Below, in pieces: positions 59,515-64,000 of a stretch of 64,000 bases of DNA; positions within the stretch are counted from its first letter, which is position 1; every line of letters starts with the position of its first letter. Source of the DNA: Mobula hypostoma (lineage: Eukaryota); contig NC_086097.1 in NCBI RefSeq assembly GCF_963921235.1, positions 194,000,001 through 194,064,000 on the forward strand. The letters are read 5' to 3'. The notes under the pieces are model-generated. The model ran no database searches and was not told the origin of the DNA. It saw only the letters and a program-made list of their open reading frames with translations. The position numbers and the translations under genes are program-made.

Positions 59515-60095
59515 GCAACATCAGAACCGGGTTTAATATCACAGGCATATGCTGTGAAATTCAAGACATTGCAATATACAAAAACACTAAATTACAATAA
59601 GAAAATGTATTTTTAAAATTAAAAAAGTAGTGCAAAAAACGAGCAAAAAGAAAATCGAAGTAATGTACATGGGCTCATTGCCCATTCAGAATCTGATGGC
59701 AGAGGGGAAGAAGCTGTTCCTAAAGTATTGAGAGTGTATCTGCAGGCTCTTGTACCTCTTCTAACTGCTACCACCAGGGATGAGGGCATGTCCTGGGTAA
59801 TGGAGTCTTTAATGATGGATGCCACCTTTTTGAAGCATCACCTTTTGCAGGTGTTCTGGATGCTGGGGAGGCTAGTGCCCATGATGGAGCTGGCTAGCTT
59901 CACAACTTCCTGCAGCTTTTTCTGGTCCTGTGCAGTGGCCCCTCCATACCAGACGGTGATGCAACCACTTAGAATGCTCTTCACAGTGCATCTGTAGATA
60001 TTTGCAAAAGTTTTTGGTGTCATACCAAGTCTTCTCAAATGCCTGATAAAACATAGCTGTTGTCATGCTTTCTTTGTAATTGCATCATTATGTAT
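59515..60095 (-). mobile_element. Rex1/Babar-like LINE 3' fragment
   Basis: YRCTVKSILSGCITVWYG..QDQKKLQEVVKLASSIMGTSLPSI. Confidence 0.85.
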
Positions 60096-60119
60096 CCCAG
60101 GAAGCTGAAACTGCTCAAG

Positions 60120-60485
60120 CCATCAGGTTGGAGAGGTTATCAGGCAGAATATGAGGTCTTGCTCTTCCAATCTGAGAGTGGCCTCATCATGACGGTAGAG
60201 GAGGCCTTGGACTAACATGTCAGAATGGGACTGGGGATTGGAATTCAAATAGTTGGCCTCCAGGAAATCCTGTTTACAGATGGAGCGAAGCTGCTGACAT
60301 AGCAGATTTCTAATCTAAGTTGGATTTCATTAATGTAGAGGAGGCCGTAGCAGGACCAGTAGACAACCCCAACAGATTTGCAAGTGAAGTGTTGCCTAAC
60401 CAGGAAGGACTGTTTGGGGCCCTGAATGAAAGTGAGAGAGGAGGTGAATAGGCAGGTGTAGTACCCCTTCCGCTTACAGAGATGA
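60120..60485 (-). mobile_element. Penelope GIY-YIG fragment
   Basis: Paralogous to ~57560-57920 (CAAGTGAAGTGTTGCCT...GGACTGTTTGGGGCCCTGAATG). Confidence 0.75.
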
Positions 60486-60497
60486 TAAATAATAATA

Positions 60498-61600
60498 ATT
60501 TGGCATAATATCTTGGTCTGAAACTGATCTGGAAAACTTACAAAGAGGATTCAGCATTCCAATTGAACATATGCAATTCTGATAAGAAGTACACAGTAGT
60601 AAACTTAAACTTACATGAAAGCACAACTCGGAAAAATGAAGACATTATCACTATTGAAGAAAAAGTTAACAAATAGAAGAGCATGACCCTCCATGGAAGA
60701 CACCCCCACGATCTCAGCAGGACAGATGTTGATAAGGAAGTGCTGTGAGACTGGCTCAGAGTTGGAGACTCTTCTTAGAAACAGATTCCTTATGCCAAAA
60801 AGTACTCAAACTATATGTAATAAAAGCCCAACAAATTCAAGACGATAAATGCGAAAAAGCCAGGAAGAAACAGAAACCAACTCAAACTCATAAAAGACAC
60901 TGTACCTTACTGTAAATACAGGCCTGATCCAGCTTTAGAGTCAGAGTCCTACAAATTACATTCGAGATAGGACAATCCATAATAACCATCCAGATATTAT
61001 ATCACAGCATAAACAAGAACAACTTACTTCATAGATATAGCCATTCCAAACACATATAACGTACAGAAATCAATAAGTGAAAAACACCAGAAATATGCAG
61101 AATTAAAGGAAGAAATTGAAAGACTTTGGAACATGAGCAGGGTATGTCCAGTTCCAAAAGTAATATCTACAACTGGTATCATCCCAAAGGCACTACACAA
61201 TAGCTTTGAACAAATAGGGCCTCACAGCAATACCTACATAAATCTCCAGAAAGCCATAATACTGAACACCACTAGAATAGTCCAAAACTTCCTAGCAGTT
61301 GAGAAGTAAGTGTGCTTGACTATGCACAGGCTTCACCAGCTTGAGTTCAGAATAAAATAAAATACAACACTAATAATAATAATAGTTCAGAGTTGAAGAC
61401 CTCTTCCCAGAAATAGAGGGATTCCTTGTGGCAATACAGGAAGAGGTGGTTGGCACAAAAATATTATCAAAAATACATAATAAAACACCAACAAATTCAA
61501 GACAATAAATGCAGAAAATACTAAGAGAAACCAGAGACAATTCAACACCTTACAGGATTGTGCAGCAGTTTAACTCAGTCTGATTACTTATGCACGAACA
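60498..61600 (+). mobile_element. R4-clade (Dong/Rex6-like) non-LTR retrotransposon, two tandem fragments (60498-61370 and 61385-61600)
   Basis: FGIISWSETDLENLQR; TLHGRHP; DRTIHNNHPDII; open 61022-61309 TYFIDIAIP...EKHQKYAELKEEIERLW...VISTTGIIPK...LQKAIILNTTRIVQNFL (restriction-like endonuclease); second copy DLFPEIEGFLVAIQEEV...KCRKY*EKPETIQHLTGLC. Confidence 0.85.
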
Positions 61601-62734
61601 ATACCAAAAACTCCTTTATTGGGGAGGGGGAAGGAGAGGAGAGGGGGAAAATGAAGAAGTACAAGAGAAAAGACAGAGCATGAGAGATGCAATAGCTATT
61701 TGAACCTTCTATGAAAATAATGGTGCGAGGCTGATGATTAGCTATGATCCTGTAAAGTAGCTGAACAGGGTCAAAAGGCTGAATGGTCTACCTCTAACAC
61801 ATGAATTTCTTGTGGGATTATTATAAGGCAAGCATTTCAGTAGAAATGGAAAGAGTTTACAAAAGAAAGAAATATTTCCAATTATGAAAAGAGTTGGTGT
61901 CTGTTAAGACTACTTTGCATTGTAAGTTAAAATCAGCAGTAGGCCAGTATCTCCACCATTCAATGAAATAACGGCTGCTCTGAATGTAATCTCAACTTCG
62001 TGTACCTATCCATGCACAGTAACCATTCACCCACTTGCAGCAGAAATATCTATGATTCTTCTTCTATTGCTCTTCAAGTTCCCAAGATCCTCCATGAAAA
62101 AAATTCATCACATTTCTATCTTAAACCAATCATGTTTAAACAAAGACTCTCATTTCAAGGGTCTCCCACAAGAGGGATACTCTTCACACCCATCCTATCA
62201 AGACTTCCGAGGAGTCCCCCTTCATTCCTCTGAACACTAGCAGATACAAACCAAGCCTGGTATACAAAAAGAACATACAATATTCATGCATAGCCCTTTT
62301 ACAGCCTTATAATTTTTTCCAAAATTTTGCAGAACACTCCTTCCATCTCATAGGCAAGGAAATAAACTTACAAACTGAGGGAATTTCAGCAAGCCTCTCC
62401 TTATCTAAAATCAAGGGCATTCTCATCATAGATGGAGAATAATAAAGATTCAATAGGCTTGGGCTACTCCTGCCCCTAATTGTTCAATGTTACTCCAATT
62501 ACAGCAAGTTATGTTTACTCTGCAACATCTTCTAATGTCTTCGTTAATAAACTGAATTTTTTGCATTTCTTTTCAGTCCCAGTTTTGTCTGGCAACATGC
62601 GGCAGATGACATAGATTTAACAGTTAGCAATAGATACAGTGCCAGGTGTCAATAGGGAGAGTGAACAGGTTGTAGAAAGGCTTGGAGAATATAGGCAGGC
62701 AAAATCATTTGGCAAGGACATTTCAGACAGAATA

Positions 62735-64000
62735 TAATAGAAACATCGAAAACTCTCAGCACAATACAGGCCCTTCAGCTCACAATGCTGTGCCGAACAT
62801 GTACTTACTTTAGAACTTACCTAGGGTTACCCATAGCCCTCTATTTTTCTAAGCTCCATGTACCTATCCAGGAGTCTCTTAAAAGTCCTTATCATATCCG
62901 CCTCCACCACTGTCAATGGCAGCCCATTCCAAGCACTCACTACTCTCTGCGTAAAAAAATTACCCCTGACATCTCCTCTCTACCTTCTTCCAAGCACCGT
63001 AAAACTGTGCCCTCTCGTGTTAGCCATTTCAGCCCTGGGAAAACGAGTCTGACTATCCACACGATCAATGCCTCTCATCATCTTATACACCTCCATCAGG
63101 TCATCTCTCATCCTCCGTCGCTCCAAGGAGAAAAGGCTGAATTCACTCAACCTATTCTCGTAAGGCATTCTCCCCAATCCAGGCAACATCCTTGTAAATC
63201 TCCTCTACACCCTTTCTATGGTTTCCACATCCTTCCTGTAGTGAGGTGACCAGAACTGAGCACAGTGCTCCAATTGGGATCTGACCAGGATAACATTACC
63301 TCACTGCCCTTAAACTCAATCCCACGGTTGTTGAAGGCCAATGCACCGTATGGTGCCTTCTTAACCACACAATCAACCTACAGAGCAGCTTTGAGTGTCG
63401 TATGGACTCGGACCCCAAGATCCCTCTGATCCTCCACACTACCAAGAGTCTTACCGTTAATACTATATTCTGCCATCATATTTGACCTACCAAAATGAAC
63501 CACCTCACACCTATCTGGGTTGAATTCCATCTGCCACTTCGCTGCCCAGTTTTGCATACTATCAATGTCCCGCTATAACCTCTGACAGCCCTCCATACTA
63601 TCCACAATACCCCCAAACTTTGTGTCATCAGAAAATTTACTAACCCATCCCTCCACTTCTTCATCCTGGTCATTTATAAAAATCACGAAGAGTAGGGGGT
63701 CCCAGAACAGATCCCTGAGGCACACCACTGGTCACCGAACTCCATGCAGAATATGACCCATCTACAACCACTCTTTGCCTTCTGTGGGCAAGTCAATTCT
63801 GGATCCACAAAGCAATGTCCCCTTGGATCCCATGCCTCCTTACTTTCTCAATAATCCTTGCATGGAGTACCTTATCAAATGCCTTGCTGAAATCCATATA
63901 CACTACATCTACTGCTCTACCTTCATCAATGTGTTTAGTTACATCCTCAAAAAACTCAATCGGGTTCGTAAGGCACGACCTGCCTTTGACAAGCCATGCT
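62735..64000 (-). mobile_element. CR1 LINE RT and 3' end, running off the window
   Basis: FSLERRRMRDDLMEVYKMMRG..NTRGHSF; reverse strand encodes DFSKAFDKVLH and [10 protein letters not shown]. Confidence 0.9.

Overview
This is vertebrate genomic DNA, AT-rich and CpG-depleted. The repeat content (abundant CR1, Rex1/Babar, Penelope, V-SINE) points to a cartilaginous fish, probably a ray; that assignment is an inference. The + strand carries the last 17 coding exons of lipin-2 (LPIN2), 3412-49663. All junctions are GT-AG and phase-compatible, giving 800 aa plus stop, with the polybasic NLS, DIDGT catalytic motif and LGQIL motif intact; the N-terminal exons lie upstream of the window. Tail-to-tail on the - strand are the last two exons of EMILIN2 (gC1q domain), the same arrangement as in human. 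Introns are full of decayed mobile elements: CR1, L1/Tx1, Rex1, R4/Dong and Penelope retroelements; Tc1, Tigger/pogo and hAT DNA transposons (several nested); and SINEs. There is no prokaryotic system, CRISPR array, rRNA or tRNA gene. The best leads are: (1) an 11-12 bp G-U-rich hairpin with a cUCCGg tetraloop over the 3' splice site of the LPIN2 catalytic exon; (2) at least six minimal hammerhead-ribozyme motifs in Penelope terminal repeats, most degraded at CpG sites; (3) DNA transposons closely resembling mammalian MER2/Tigger3 and MER1/Charlie3, possibly horizontally transferred; (4) tandem Dong/R4 insertions at a (TAA)n tract; (5) a near-perfect 77-nt intronic hairpin. Repeat boundaries are approximate unless TIRs or TSDs are stated. 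Family names come from recalled motifs, not from a database search.
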